Source: Cyanobacteria bacterium P01_D01_bin.156 (GTDB lineage Bacteria > Cyanobacteriota > Cyanobacteriia > Phormidesmidales > Phormidesmidaceae). Taken from it: 45,070 nt of DNA. Below the pieces are notes generated by a model. The model saw only the letters and a program-made list of their open reading frames with translations. It was not told the origin of the DNA and made no database searches. Every line of letters starts with the position of its first letter. Within the stretch, counting starts at the first letter, position 1. The stretch is taken from positions 1 through 45,070 of the forward strand of contig JBCCQQ010000052.1 of assembly GCA_039024555.1 (NCBI GenBank). The letters run 5' to 3'. Of the stretch, positions 8,505 to 19,140 are shown one piece after another. Made by a program: the position numbers and the translations under genes.

Positions 8505-10613
8505 TCACTCCAATGAAGCGTCAAAGGCATGACGCGCAACATGTTTCCTCAACAAGTCGTGGGTAAAACGATAACGACCTCCGAATCGTTGCATGAAGCT
8601 TAGCTCCACAGCATGTTTTAGAAAGCGAGCGTAGTTCCATGGAATATGGCCATTTTTAGTCAACACAATACGCAAGGCAAGGTGTTGTAGAACCGATTGC
8701 AACCCGCCATTCAGCCACACATGCTTTATGTCAGTCGGTCCGATCAGCTCATACAGTAATCCAAGTTCTAGCCCAAGAAAAAAGCCCATATTCAGTCCAC
8801 CACTGAATCCGACAGACAGCCCCTCTCTCAGGTCGCCATACAGCCAACCATTCAGCCCAAAACCCAGCCCGAACAGCAGTCCACCACTTAGTCCAAAACT
8901 CAGTCCGAAAATTAAAATAACCGTGATGGAATTCTGTAAGGATCTCCAGATTCCCTGATTGGGAAAGATTTTTTCATCAATTAGCCCACGCCTCAGCCCG
9001 CTAATCAATCCAACTAGCAGGCCAACTAACAGGCCAAAACTCCCTCCAATAATCAATAAAAGCAGCAGCCCAGCAAGCAATCCAGCAAACAACCAAGCAA
9101 ACAAACCACACACTAGCCCCAAGGTTAGCCCCACAAATAGTCCCGCACGCAGTCCGAAACGCAGCCCCTTGTTTAGAGCCTTTGAGCAGGAAAACATAAG
9201 CGTTTCACTTAGCTGCCTAGCCGGTCTGAGTCCACTACTCAGACCAAACAGCAGGCCCAGCAGCAGCGCGCCATCCAGCCTAAAACACAGCCCAAAACAC
9301 AGCCCATATAGCGCTCCATAAATCAGCTGATAAAGATAAACCTCATTTGGGCTCAGCATGGAGGGCTGCAATCCTTCAATCGCAAACTCTGCTGCTCGCA
9401 TGCTCTCAAGCTGCTGTGCTAACCAGGCTAAGTAAACATAGGTTTGGCTGGCGTTAGGCTTTTTGTCAGATGAGTAAATATTGCCGCTGTCATCCTCCCT
9501 GATCTTTTGGACAATAAAGGCATCAAACAGCGCTGCTTCATCGGTAATGGTGTTGCTCTGATGAGTAACAGTCAGCATAGAGAGAAACAATGGTTTTTGA
9601 GCCAGTTCTTGCAGTCCTGAGTCTTCGCGAATACGTTCCCATAGGTAAGGGCAATTGAGCTGATGCAAAAAAGCTCGCACCTGTTCGAGGGGAAGTGGCA
9701 TTAGATAAACTCCGCCATTGAACCCATGTAGTTTGCCTCGACTAGCCTCATAGTCTTCGCAACGGCAGCAGATAACGAGCCCATGATGCGTCTTCTCTGA
9801 TAGAAATGCATTGATTTCATCAATGCATTTCTGCTGTTTCAGCAAACTCAACTCATCTAGACCATCGAGCAATGGCAGAACATCCTGCTGCCATTGCTGG
9901 CTAATTGAGGCAGGCATGCCGTAACGCTTTTCAAGGGTCTCAGTTAACCACTGCTCGATGGATTTGTTCTCGGTCCAGGTCGATAGCTCCAGAATCAAAG
10001 GAATAGGCAGACCATCATCCTGGGAGGCTCTTTCTACTAAATCCTTTGCCAGATGAAGAAGTGTGGTTGTTTTACCTGCCCCCGACGCTCCTAAAAGTAA
10101 AAGCCGCCCTTGAATATCCGGTCTTACAAAGACTTCTCCAAGTGCCTGAATCGATACCAACGGCATGGGAGATAGGGTTGGCGTTCGGAAAGACTGGAGA
10201 CATCGATTGAGTGAGGTAATTTCAATCGCAGCAGTTGCCGACATCTCTCGGGGTATATCCCCTCTAAAGTGGCCAACTTGCTGCCATTGGTCTTCTATGG
10301 GGAGGTCAAATTTAACGCGCTCATAGAGCGAGGTTTCTAGCCGACATTTGATTTCACACCGAATAATTTTCAGAAGTTGATGACGAACCTTGTGCTGGTC
10401 ACTTTCATCGGGGACTGAGCGCCGGAAAAAGTTTATCCCCAAGGGATTGCAATCCCTTGGGGATAAACGTCTCAATATAGTGACTGATATCACTACCGCA
10501 ACCATTGCAGCAACGGCGAGCGGCTTAGCCGCTTTGTCTAACAATTCTGCTATTGCAAATAGCCAAGATGCTGAATGAGTTTCAGCCAAAATGAGTAATA
10601 CCAGATTCAGCAT
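8505..10613 (-). CDS. NACHT NTPase with C-terminal Gly/Leu-rich multi-TM region
   Basis: Walker A GASGAGKTT, Walker B LLDGLDE, GLxFGL repeats, and PNQGIWRS / PWNYARFL / GGRYRFTH motifs of the cyanobacterial NACHT-TM family. Confidence 0.9.
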   Translation of the reverse strand: MLNLVLLILAETHSASWLFAIAELLDKAAKPLAVAAMVAVVISVTILRRLSPRDCNPLGINFFRRSVPDESDQHKVRHQLLKIIRCEIKCRLETSLYERVKFDLPIEDQWQQVGHFRGDIPREMSATAAIEITSLNRCLQSFRTPTLSPMPLVSIQALGEVFVRPDIQGRLLLLGASGAGKTTTLLHLAKDLVERASQDDGLPIPLILELSTWTENKSIEQWLTETLEKRYGMPASISQQWQQDVLPLLDGLDELSLLKQQKCIDEINAFLSEKTHHGLVICCRCEDYEASRGKLHGFNGGVYLMPLPLEQVRAFLHQLNCPYLWERIREDSGLQELAQKPLFLSMLTVTHQSNTITDEAALFDAFIVQKIREDDSGNIYSSDKKPNASQTYVYLAWLAQQLESMRAAEFAIEGLQPSMLSPNEVYLYQLIYGALYGLCFGLCFRLDGALLLGLLFGLSSGLRPARQLSETLMFSCSKALNKGLRFGLRAGLFVGLTLGLVCGLFAWLFAGLLAGLLLLLIIGGSFGLLVGLLVGLISGLRRGLIDEKIFPNQGIWRSLQNSITVILIFGLSFGLSGGLLFGLGFGLNGWLYGDLREGLSVGFSGGLNMGFFLGLELGLLYELIGPTDIKHVWLNGGLQSVLQHLALRIVLTKNGHIPWNYARFLKHAVELSFMQRFGGRYRFTHDLLRKHVARHAFDASLE

Positions 10614-10770
10614 CTACCGTCCTGCAATTACTCTCCCTATAGTCATAGGTCAACGGTCTAGTGGCAGCCGGAAAAAGTAGGGAAAGGTCTGCTTCTTCAC
10701 ACGACGCCAGATTGGTTATGCATCTCAGGCCCTGATGAAAATTTTGCTGTAAACCTATTTGGCCATTGTC

Positions 10771-11022
10771 TTACTCACATGCATTTCCTGCACTCATTTT
10801 GATCCAAACATTGGACCCTTTAGGACGCGTGACAACAAGATTTTCGATGCCGACATCTAACTCTGATAGCTGGTCTCTATAGCGATAAATAATGCCCCAG
10901 TGCTCCATCGAATCACAGTGCAGATAGAGAATACTTTCATCTGAGACAAAGCTAAAATAGCCGCCTTTTAAGAAGGGAAACTGGTAGGTCAGAAAATGGA
11001 TCAGGCCATCAAGGGGGGACAT
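10771..11022 (-). CDS. Small hypothetical protein
   Basis: 83-aa ORF with ATG start, protein-like composition and no overlap with neighbours. Confidence 0.5.
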   Translation of the reverse strand: MSPLDGLIHFLTYQFPFLKGGYFSFVSDESILYLHCDSMEHWGIIYRYRDQLSELDVGIENLVVTRPKGSNVWIKMSAGNACE

Positions 11023-11387
11023 ATAAACCTATTAAAAATTGCTCAGAGAAAAAAGACTAATACCCCTGCTACTGAGGGTGAAAAACCACTCATATAAAAA
11101 CAAAAAGGCTAGTCAGTAATCTTATTTTGTTAAAGGTATTGAGTAACATCTTCAGCAGCAATCGCTGTTAGCCACTCATGCTTCTTTAAGAAGCTAGCAC
11201 AGCCTCAGAGAGAGACCCACCCTTTAAGATTTGTTTAATATTGGACCAAGCAACCTTTGCTTATCTGATTAGAGCTGCACAATATGGGCGTCTTCTTGCA
11301 AGGCTGCGAATGGGTAATGACCAGATTCTAAGGTGTATCGCAAAAGCAAAAATCTTTATGGGGCGACCTTACTAGTCGTATCAGTCA

Positions 11388-11418
11388 AATAAAAAGCCCC
11401 AGACAGTATGTCCGGGGC
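11388..11418 (-). terminator. Intrinsic terminator downstream of sigB
   Basis: Stem GCCCCAGAC (11396-11404) / GTCCGGGGC (11410-11418), with an A-run on the plus strand that is the U-tract on the minus strand. Confidence 0.8.
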
Positions 11419-11460
11419 AATCTAAATAATCCAGCAAAAGTCTCAGTCTCTAGCAGCTCA

Positions 11461-12447
11461 TTAGCTAGCTGCTAAATAGCCTTGAAATGTAGCTTTACGA
11501 CGACGCAGATGCTTTAGGGCCTGTTGCTCTAGCTGACGTACACGTTCACGACTAATGCCCATCCGCTGGCCCACTTTGGCTAGAGACAGCTGGGTGCCAT
11601 CCGCAAGACCAAAGCGTAGATTAATCACCTCTTTTTGCTGAGGCGTTAGTTCAGTCAGCATATTGCGAATATCTTGCCGCAAAGACTGCTGCACGGTGTA
11701 ATCTTCTGGAGATACTGTATCATCCTCCAGGAGCTCCAGGAGCTCGGTATCCTGGTTATCCCCAATCCGTACATCCAAGGATACGGGCTGGCGAGCCATG
11801 GTTAGATACTCACGCACTTGCTCAGCGCTGAGTTCCAGCTCTTCACCAATTTCAGCTACTGAAGGACTCCGGCCTAGCTTCTGAGCTAGCACTCGCTGCT
11901 CTCGCTTGATCTTATTAAGCTTCTCAGTGATGTGAATAGGCAACCGAATAGTCCGAGACTGCTGGGCAATGGCTCGGGTAATAGCCTGACGAATCCACCA
12001 ATAAGCATAGGTGGAAAATTTGTAACCCTTCATCGGGTCAAACTTTTCCACACCGCGCTCTAAACCAAGCGTACCTTCTTGAATTAGATCCAAGAATTCC
12101 AAATTACGCTTCTGATATTTTTTGGCAACAGCCACCACTAACCGTAGATTGGCCTCAATCATTTTACGCTTAGCCCGCTGGCCATGACGTAAATCATGAT
12201 TCAATTCAGCCTCAGAAATACCTGCGGCTTCAGCCCATTCAGTTCGATCAGCATCGTGACCGAGCTCTTCATCCAATTTCTGTTTCATCTCTTGCAAAGC
12301 CATTAGCCGTTGCACCTGCTTACCCAAAACAATTTCATCCTCATGGGTAAGTAGAGGAACACGACCAATTTCTTGTAGGTATATACGTACCGTATCGGTG
12401 CTGTAGGTAACCTGGGAAGTTCGTTGGGGTGCTTTCAGCTTAGACAT
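11461..12447 (-). CDS. sigB: Group 2 RNA polymerase sigma factor, SigB-type (alternative GTG start at 12486)
   Basis: [58 protein letters not shown] and ITEKLNKIK...IGDNQDTEL, as in cyanobacterial SigB. Confidence 0.85.
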   Translation of the reverse strand: MSKLKAPQRTSQVTYSTDTVRIYLQEIGRVPLLTHEDEIVLGKQVQRLMALQEMKQKLDEELGHDADRTEWAEAAGISEAELNHDLRHGQRAKRKMIEANLRLVVAVAKKYQKRNLEFLDLIQEGTLGLERGVEKFDPMKGYKFSTYAYWWIRQAITRAIAQQSRTIRLPIHITEKLNKIKREQRVLAQKLGRSPSVAEIGEELELSAEQVREYLTMARQPVSLDVRIGDNQDTELLELLEDDTVSPEDYTVQQSLRQDIRNMLTELTPQQKEVINLRFGLADGTQLSLAKVGQRMGISRERVRQLEQQALKHLRRRKATFQGYLAAS

Positions 12448-13316
12448 AGCTTGGGATGGACCTCCGCTGGAAAAAAATTGAACCACAGGCGATGGACTTT
12501 GCCTATAGTTGGAATTGCTAACGTGTACCGTTACCTATATACGTGGGACACAACAAAACCGGATTGCAATTGTGAATAATTACTTGGTAAATCCGCCTAC
12601 TAAAGCTGAAAAAACACCTGGCAGCCAAGTAACGGGTCTAAATCGGATTCGTTATGAGTTTGTATTTATCCTAGCAATTAGCCAGGATGAAAGGTATGAA
12701 CATCTCTCATAGAACACATCTCCATTGCCTATACATTAAGCTCATTAAATGAGAAATCCACATAGGCAAAGATTAGACCTGCCTGAGAGAATGAAGATTG
12801 ACGACAATCTCGATGAAAGTATTATGACTTAGACCCTCTAGTGCTTAGGTGGGGTTTCCCATTGGCAATAACCGAACTAAAACTTCAACAGATAATAGTT
12901 TTGCCATTCATGCTACTGAGACTTTTAGATTTCCCTAGTGAATCCATAGAAAAGCCTATGGGAAACGTGGATAGCTCAAGAGTTTAAACAAGCCTTAAGG
13001 GAGGATTCTGTAGCTATGACAACAACAATTGTCTCAACTTAAGACAATGAAATCCCCATCACCAACAGCAAATAGAGGCTGCAAATTCGTTGAGTCGACT
13101 AGTCAAGTAAGCTAAAAGTCTAGCTCAAAAAAAAGCTACTGGCAGATATTAACACATAATAGTTCGTGCGTACTAAATTTATACATTTTTAGACAGCACT
13201 TACAGAATGCAGAGATGAAAGGCAAGGTTGAGTAAACACATTATAGCTATTAGCGTTGATGTAAGCTGCCTGACTGTGACAGCTAAGCCAATCCGCAGGA
13301 GTGTCACATTTGTTTA

Positions 13317-13350
13317 GGTGGGATTGGGCAAAAGGCGGGATTGGGCAAAA
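13317..13350 (+). repeat. 17-bp tandem duplication
   Basis: GGTGGGATTGGGCAAAA / GGCGGGATTGGGCAAAA, one mismatch. Confidence 0.85.
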
Positions 13351-13570
13351 TTCGATGTTGCCAATGCTGTTATGGGGCCATGAGTTCTACCGAGGGAGGT
13401 TTCTAGAATGTTGTTGATTACAACGACTCGTAAGTAAACCTACTCAGTTTTGTAATCGGTTTGCCCTTAAAACCACCTAACTTTTCATAATCCCCTGAAA
13501 CACCATGTATCATTGGGCACCTTGAAGCTAATTGAGTACGGATTCTCTATTCAGCTGATCAAGGAACTAT

Positions 13571-13777
13571 ATGGCTTCAAAGCAAACGTCCAGGGGGTCA
13601 TCGCATGCCCCTAATCATCATAATGACTTGGATTTTTGGCAACAGTTAGAACATGATTTTCCGTTTCATGGAATCGATGAGGAAGAGCTGCGTCGTTACA
13701 CCACTCAGTGGACAACCTGTGCCAATGAACTTTTGGGTCCAGTACCTTCTCGGAGCAAAAAGCAGGCTCAACGCTAG
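13571..13777 (+). CDS. Small hypothetical protein (68 aa)
   Basis: AAGGA ribosome-binding site just before the ATG; convergent 4-bp overlap with the AGE gene stop. Confidence 0.55.
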   Translation: MASKQTSRGSSHAPNHHNDLDFWQQLEHDFPFHGIDEEELRRYTTQWTTCANELLGPVPSRSKKQAQR

Positions 13778-14961
13778 CTCATGGCTTGGCAATGTTGCCA
13801 ACCAAGGTATAAAGCTCGGGGCACATGGAAACAGCCTTTCCATTTACCTCCCTTTAAGGGGAGTAGAACATCTCCCTGGCGATTGAGATAGCCAAACCAT
13901 TCTCCATAATTAGGATCGTTAAAGTGCGACCAGGCATAGTTGTGGACTGTACGATACCACTGCCAACAGTCCTCTCGTTGAGTTAAACGGTAACCCAGTA
14001 GCAGGGCGACCAAGGTCTCTAAATGCACCCACCAAAGCTTTTGGCTCCACTCTAATTGTTGGGGAGGATAGCCTTTACGATCTAAAAAGTAGAAAATACC
14101 ACCATACTTTTTATCCCACCCTCGTTCCAAAATAGCCAGGGTTGTATCAATCGCACGGTTGATGAGCGTCCTATCCTGACGACGCTGAGCAATATCCATC
14201 ATGAACCACATGGCTTCAATACCGTGACCAGGGTTTAGCAGACGTCCTTCAAAGCAGTCGATGGACGATCCATCCATGGCTAGGTGTTCAAAAACAAGGC
14301 CACTATCGGGGTCTAAAAATTCTTCCATGACAGCATAAACAGTGCTCTCTAAGACCATATCTAGCTGTTCAGCGGATAATAGCCAATCCATTTCTAGGGT
14401 GAGATTGGCCAAAATCATAGGCACTGCCAGGGATTTCATCGGTCGAGTCCCTGGATAGGTTTTGTTGTACTGCCCTTTAGGATTGTCTTGACGATGTAAA
14501 ACATTCTCATAGCTCTGAAGCGCAATCGCTTTAGCCTCGGCATCACCGCTAGCTTTGGCGTATTGGCTAAAAGCCATGGCTGCAAAACAATCGGAAAAGA
14601 CATTATATGGTTGCACTAGGGGATGTCCCTGCTGATCGAGGGCAAAGTACCAGTTGCCCCCATCATCTCGGCCATGATGAGCCAAAAATTCTGCCCCATG
14701 GCGAGCCATGTCTAGCCAGTCAGAGCGCTGGTCTAGACGGTTATACATCATGGAAAATGTCCACACTTGACGATTCTGTAGCCAGACAAATTTATCGGTG
14801 TCGTAAACAGTCCCCTGGACATCTAGACAGGTGAAATAGCCTCCATATTGATAATCTAATGAATGCTCTTGCCAGAAGGGCAGAACTGCTTCTAGCAGAG
14901 TGTCACGATACAAAGTTGTTAGAGCTGAAAAATCTCGATCAGACAAACGTTCAATCAGCAT
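13774..14961 (-). CDS. N-acylglucosamine 2-epimerase (AGE family)
   Basis: [37 protein letters not shown] and [13 protein letters not shown] motifs. Confidence 0.93.
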   Translation of the reverse strand: MLIERLSDRDFSALTTLYRDTLLEAVLPFWQEHSLDYQYGGYFTCLDVQGTVYDTDKFVWLQNRQVWTFSMMYNRLDQRSDWLDMARHGAEFLAHHGRDDGGNWYFALDQQGHPLVQPYNVFSDCFAAMAFSQYAKASGDAEAKAIALQSYENVLHRQDNPKGQYNKTYPGTRPMKSLAVPMILANLTLEMDWLLSAEQLDMVLESTVYAVMEEFLDPDSGLVFEHLAMDGSSIDCFEGRLLNPGHGIEAMWFMMDIAQRRQDRTLINRAIDTTLAILERGWDKKYGGIFYFLDRKGYPPQQLEWSQKLWWVHLETLVALLLGYRLTQREDCWQWYRTVHNYAWSHFNDPNYGEWFGYLNRQGDVLLPLKGGKWKGCFHVPRALYLGWQHCQAMS

Positions 14962-15314
14962 GAAAATAGCTAGAGAAAACAATCTATAGATACTAAGGGC
15001 TTGTTAAAAATTAGAATCCTGGCCTGGTGCATTTAAATCATGGTTTAGCAGGCTTTTCAGGCTTACACCGTGAAGTCGTTTCTTATCTTAAAGTCTGACT
15101 GTTCAGACACATAACTTAGTAAGCGCATTGAGTCGATCCATTTTTCTATGGGGCACTCTAGGGCAGTGAGGACGGAGAAAGGGGAACTTAACCCAGGATT
15201 TTTGCCGCTACTGATTTAGGGGATGATTGCTTGAAAGATCATGGCATTCATCAAAACAGCTAAAACTATTCCAAGAATCAGCAGTGCCGGATTTTTCTTA
15301 CTGGATAAAAAATT

Positions 15315-15527
15315 ATGTCGATGTCTGAGGGGCTGACAGAGCTCAAGTACCAAGAGAGTTTGCTATATCAAGAGGTAGCTACCACTGTGAGCGTTCACAG
15401 TGACATAATCAATAATGTCATTAGCCCCCAAGTAGGTTGTTTACTCGTTGCCATTCTCATCAGCCTTGTCATGGGCTGCTGTGCCCTAGTATTTATGCCT
15501 AGTCCACGTCATCACAATCAACGCTGA
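15315..15527 (+). CDS. Small single-TM hypothetical protein
   Basis: 70-aa ATG ORF with one hydrophobic segment (VGCLLVAILISLVMGCCALVFM). Confidence 0.4.
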   Translation: MSMSEGLTELKYQESLLYQEVATTVSVHSDIINNVISPQVGCLLVAILISLVMGCCALVFMPSPRHHNQR

Positions 15528-15658
15528 GATTTCTTGGTGTCAAGGGTCTATGCCCACGACTATTCCGCATTTAAGAAATTTTTTTACTTCTCGCCGCACA
15601 AAATTACCATTTAGCGCTAAGCTAAGCCCCAACCAGCGTGCATACCGATTAACGACCA

Positions 15659-16108
15659 TTGCCCCAACAGTCTGCAAAATCCCTAACCCCCTTGGCCCTT
15701 AAGCAAGCTGCCAATTGGCAGTGCAGCTCCTGTGGACGGATATGTCGTCACCAAGGAGAGTCCCCCGAGGACTTTGCCACACGCATGGGCTATGACGTTG
15801 AAGATATTACGGCCCACCCACGTCGCTGGATACTCCATGTCACTAAGTTATCTGCAGCTACTGATTCAAAACAGCGCGTGGCAATTCTCTGCGGTTCTTG
15901 TCATCGTACTTATCATAACTACCGTCGCTGTCAGCACCAGCAGCAGCAGTCTCGGCAGCAGCAAGAGAAACGAGGCCAGCTCACCCTAAGTGATATTCGC
16001 TTACCTCTAACGGGGCTACAGCTTTCCTTAAGTGAGTGGGGCACTCCCTACGAAATTGTGAATCCTCTGCCACCCCGTAAACGCGCAAGGCATCCAAAAG
16101 CTTCGTAA
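15659..16108 (+). CDS. Degenerate HNH-like Zn-ribbon protein
   Basis: LKQAANWQCSSCG and ILCGSCHRTYH bracket an HNH-like fold, but the usual HH/N core reads LHVTKL...DSKQR. Confidence 0.6.
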   Translation: MPQQSAKSLTPLALKQAANWQCSSCGRICRHQGESPEDFATRMGYDVEDITAHPRRWILHVTKLSAATDSKQRVAILCGSCHRTYHNYRRCQHQQQQSRQQQEKRGQLTLSDIRLPLTGLQLSLSEWGTPYEIVNPLPPRKRARHPKAS

Positions 16109-16193
16109 AAGGGTAGATACACACTTGTTAAACCATTTTTAACAACCCACAGATTATTTAGGGTTACCCTTAGTCGTCGCCCTGTTCACTGCT

Positions 16194-17225
16194 ATGGCTA
16201 GACGGACTCAGTTCAGCATTGCCTCTATGAACCTGTACAACATTAATCTCCCAGGTTTAAGGATTTACTCTGATTCAGACGGCTGGGATGACGACGCCTA
16301 CCGACAAAAGCTGGACTGGAATCGCCATATGATCCTCAAAAACGAAGCGGACGTTTGGGGATTTCAGGAGCTTTGGCATACAGAGGCTCTGCAGGATGTA
16401 TTTGACCACAGTGATTTAGACGAATATGAATTGCTGGTACCGGAAGGGCACAGCGGTCAACGGATTGTCTGTGCTGGGGCCGTTAGAAAAGACATTCTTG
16501 TCAGTGAACCTGACTGGATTGAGAACTTTCCGGAAAAGTTTATTTTGGAAAGCGGCGGCGACGATCCACAGACTTCGGACATTTCAGTTCAGGTCAACAG
16601 CTTTTCGCGACCGGTATTACATTTTCAAGTGCAGCCGCGATCGCAGTCTGCGCCAATCTCCGTCTACGTCGCCCACTTTAAGTCCAAAGCCCCCACCAAG
16701 ATCTACCGTGAAGGCTGGTACCGGGATGACAACGAATATTACAAACAGCATAGCGAAGCCCTAGGCTATGCCATATCCACCATCCGGCGCACGGCTGAAG
16801 CAACGGCTCTAAGAATGATTTTGACCGAGCAGATGAAAAATACTGACGACCCTGTTGTGGTGCTGGGGGACCTCAATGACGGCGAACGCAGTAATACCCT
16901 AAACATTCTGACCGGGCAGCCCAACTATATTTTGAGCGGACTGCAGATGGGGGGCAGCGATGTGGATATGTATGCCGTCAGTCGACTGCAGCATTACCGT
17001 AGCGCTCGCGATGTGTACTACACCCACATTCATCAAAACTTACGAGAGTCGTTAGACCATATCCTTGTCTCTCAAGAGTTTTACGACAACTCTCGAAAAC
17101 GGCTTTGGGCCTTTAAGGGGATGGATGTCACCAACGACCATCTCAATTGGGATAATCATAAGCAAGATGGTTCTTCAGACCATGGTGTGATCCGCGCCCA
17201 GTTTGAATATCGTCCTGTCAGTTAG
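16194..17225 (+). CDS. Endonuclease/exonuclease/phosphatase (EEP) family protein
   Basis: SMNLYN, GFQE, HFKSK, VLGDLND, LDHILVS and SDHG catalytic motifs. Confidence 0.92.
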   Translation: MARRTQFSIASMNLYNINLPGLRIYSDSDGWDDDAYRQKLDWNRHMILKNEADVWGFQELWHTEALQDVFDHSDLDEYELLVPEGHSGQRIVCAGAVRKDILVSEPDWIENFPEKFILESGGDDPQTSDISVQVNSFSRPVLHFQVQPRSQSAPISVYVAHFKSKAPTKIYREGWYRDDNEYYKQHSEALGYAISTIRRTAEATALRMILTEQMKNTDDPVVVLGDLNDGERSNTLNILTGQPNYILSGLQMGGSDVDMYAVSRLQHYRSARDVYYTHIHQNLRESLDHILVSQEFYDNSRKRLWAFKGMDVTNDHLNWDNHKQDGSSDHGVIRAQFEYRPVS

Positions 17226-17227
17226 TT

Positions 17228-17349
17228 TGAGGGTATGAGCAATCAACGGATACATTTGTTGATTGCTTGTCAGGTTAGCTATTGATGCTAAGGGGGCTTA
17301 GGAATAACCATTGTCCTAACTAACCTGACAGACATAACAGGTACCCTCA
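17228..17349. other. Nested multi-stem structured element
   Basis: Four compatible stems found by eye; see the finding at these coordinates. Confidence 0.5.
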
Positions 17350-17453
17350 TGGGTAAAGATACCTCAACTATCCTGATGTTTGACTAGGCTCTAGGTAAGC
17401 TTTGGGTATCCGATGGCACACGCCATCGTTACCGGTACCCATGTAGCCACACC

Positions 17454-18431
17454 ATGCATAGCCGCCATTGGTTTGTCCCCCTTGATCACCTCGATGCTGA
17501 AGCCGGGGCTGAGCTTATCCCTGCCGATGAAAAACCAAGGGAAATTGACCCTATGGCCCAGGAGGGCGATAGTTTCTTAATTACCCTAGAAACGGTGCTG
17601 ATCGCCCAAAAATATGACAGTAAAAGCGACAATGATTTGCTGGTGCGATCGCGACTCAAATACGGTAATGACCCTCTCCTAGAAGCCATTAACTTCTTCG
17701 CTAACGATGTGTCCCCCGGAGAGGCCCAAACCAATCTTCTGTGTGAACATATTTATACCCGTCAAACCTACACCAAGCTAGACCGGATTCATCTAACCCT
17801 AGAAGTGATGGAACTGCCGGGAGAAGTTAGCCTAAACTCTAAAATTGGTCGAGGTCTAACCATTGTCAAAAATACATTTGGAGTTGTTCTGAGTTCTCTT
17901 TTACCCTTTGGCGGTGTGGCCTTCAGCGTGATGGAAAAACTCAATAGTGTTAGAAGTAAAAAGCGGCAGATCTTTTTAAGCGCCCTTGACCTCTATGGGG
18001 ATGGGGGAGAAGGAGAAGCCCGATTGCGCTATGGGGCCTATGTCTTTTTTCAAGAACCCGTAGATGGTTCACAGTATCGACTACGTCAGCTCCAGCTCAC
18101 ACATTCAACAGCTGAAGCCAGTGAACGACCCATTCCCTACAATTATCTTGTTGTCAAAATCGTTCCTAATGCCATTCGGGTGGGCAGTGACGACGAGCTA
18201 CGACTCCATAATCAAGAGCTAGCAGCAGCACTAGCAACTAACGATGGTCAACTGGACAGCACGCTGCGGTATCCCAGCTTTAAAGACAAATCTATTCCCA
18301 ATGGCAACCTATTAAGACGTTTAGCTTTACTCTACCGACTACAAAAACGAATGAGAATAGAGGGTATTTTGGACGAAGCACAGGCTCAAGTTTATCAAAC
18401 GTTACAACAAGAATTAAAAGATTTTCTCTGA
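17454..18431 (+). CDS. Hypothetical protein
   Basis: 325-aa ORF with a central amphipathic/hydrophobic segment; no motif recognised. Confidence 0.75.
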   Translation: MHSRHWFVPLDHLDAEAGAELIPADEKPREIDPMAQEGDSFLITLETVLIAQKYDSKSDNDLLVRSRLKYGNDPLLEAINFFANDVSPGEAQTNLLCEHIYTRQTYTKLDRIHLTLEVMELPGEVSLNSKIGRGLTIVKNTFGVVLSSLLPFGGVAFSVMEKLNSVRSKKRQIFLSALDLYGDGGEGEARLRYGAYVFFQEPVDGSQYRLRQLQLTHSTAEASERPIPYNYLVVKIVPNAIRVGSDDELRLHNQELAAALATNDGQLDSTLRYPSFKDKSIPNGNLLRRLALLYRLQKRMRIEGILDEAQAQVYQTLQQELKDFL

Positions 18432-18551
18432 GGTCTGTTATTTGAAGAAATGCAACAACAAAAACCGATTTCTTTCGGATACTTTCATAAAGTCGATATG
18501 GCTCTTTCGATAGGCTAAAAAGGAAATCAGAAATCTCACGAGGTTGGTCCT

Positions 18552-19103
18552 ATGCTGCCTTTGACCCAGGTATCCGCGCACAATTCCCCAAAGACATCGT
18601 CCCAAGCCGCGCTCAATATTGATTACGATTTTCTAGTGATTGGGGCAGGTGATGAATCCTACGGGGATGCCGCCGTTGGTCCTCGGGTAGCTATGGCCGT
18701 TGCCGATTGGAAATTGCCCACGGTTAAGGCGATGGCTGTATCGCAGCTGATACCTGAACTCAGTGACAACTTAGTTAAGACCAACTATGTAATGTTTGTG
18801 GAAGCGTGCGATCGCAAAGCTGTCCGCACGATTCAAATCGCCCCAATTGTCACCTTTGAGCAACAGGTATCGTCGATGGCTTTTGCCGCTCAAAACTATG
18901 ATCCTTTGTCCCTACTGCATTTAACCCAGCGACGACACAACCGCCACCCCCAGGCTTGGCTGCTGCAGATTCCCATCGAATCCTGCGAAGCCAATTGCGA
19001 GCTATCGCCCAAAGCATACCAAGGGTGTGATCAAGCCCTACGAGCGATTCAACAGTTTCTGATCACCTACCGTCAGCCCTACCTATGTATGAAGTCTGCC
19101 TAG
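18552..19103 (+). CDS. Hydrogenase maturation protease-like protein (HoxW/HybD fold, divergent)
   Basis: LVIGAGDESYGDAAVG, QLIPEL, VMFVEA and ELSP resemble the 'LVIGYGNxLRGDDGVG...QLxPEL..VIFVDA' pattern. Confidence 0.75.
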   Translation: MLPLTQVSAHNSPKTSSQAALNIDYDFLVIGAGDESYGDAAVGPRVAMAVADWKLPTVKAMAVSQLIPELSDNLVKTNYVMFVEACDRKAVRTIQIAPIVTFEQQVSSMAFAAQNYDPLSLLHLTQRRHNRHPQAWLLQIPIESCEANCELSPKAYQGCDQALRAIQQFLITYRQPYLCMKSA

Positions 19104-19140
19104 GAATAGGCTGGAGCAGACTTCATACCCATAATTCAGC

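Noticed and set aside
8728..9321. Pro/Ser-rich plus-strand ORFs
   Set aside because: Antisense shadows of the Gly/Leu repeats in the NACHT-TM gene.
10640..10730. attC-like start (GGTCAACGG...)
   Set aside because: No complementary GTTRRRY end or integrase could be identified.
14990..15070. GGGCTTGTTAAAAA..., reminiscent of an IS/MITE end
   Set aside because: No matching inverted partner or transposase found nearby.
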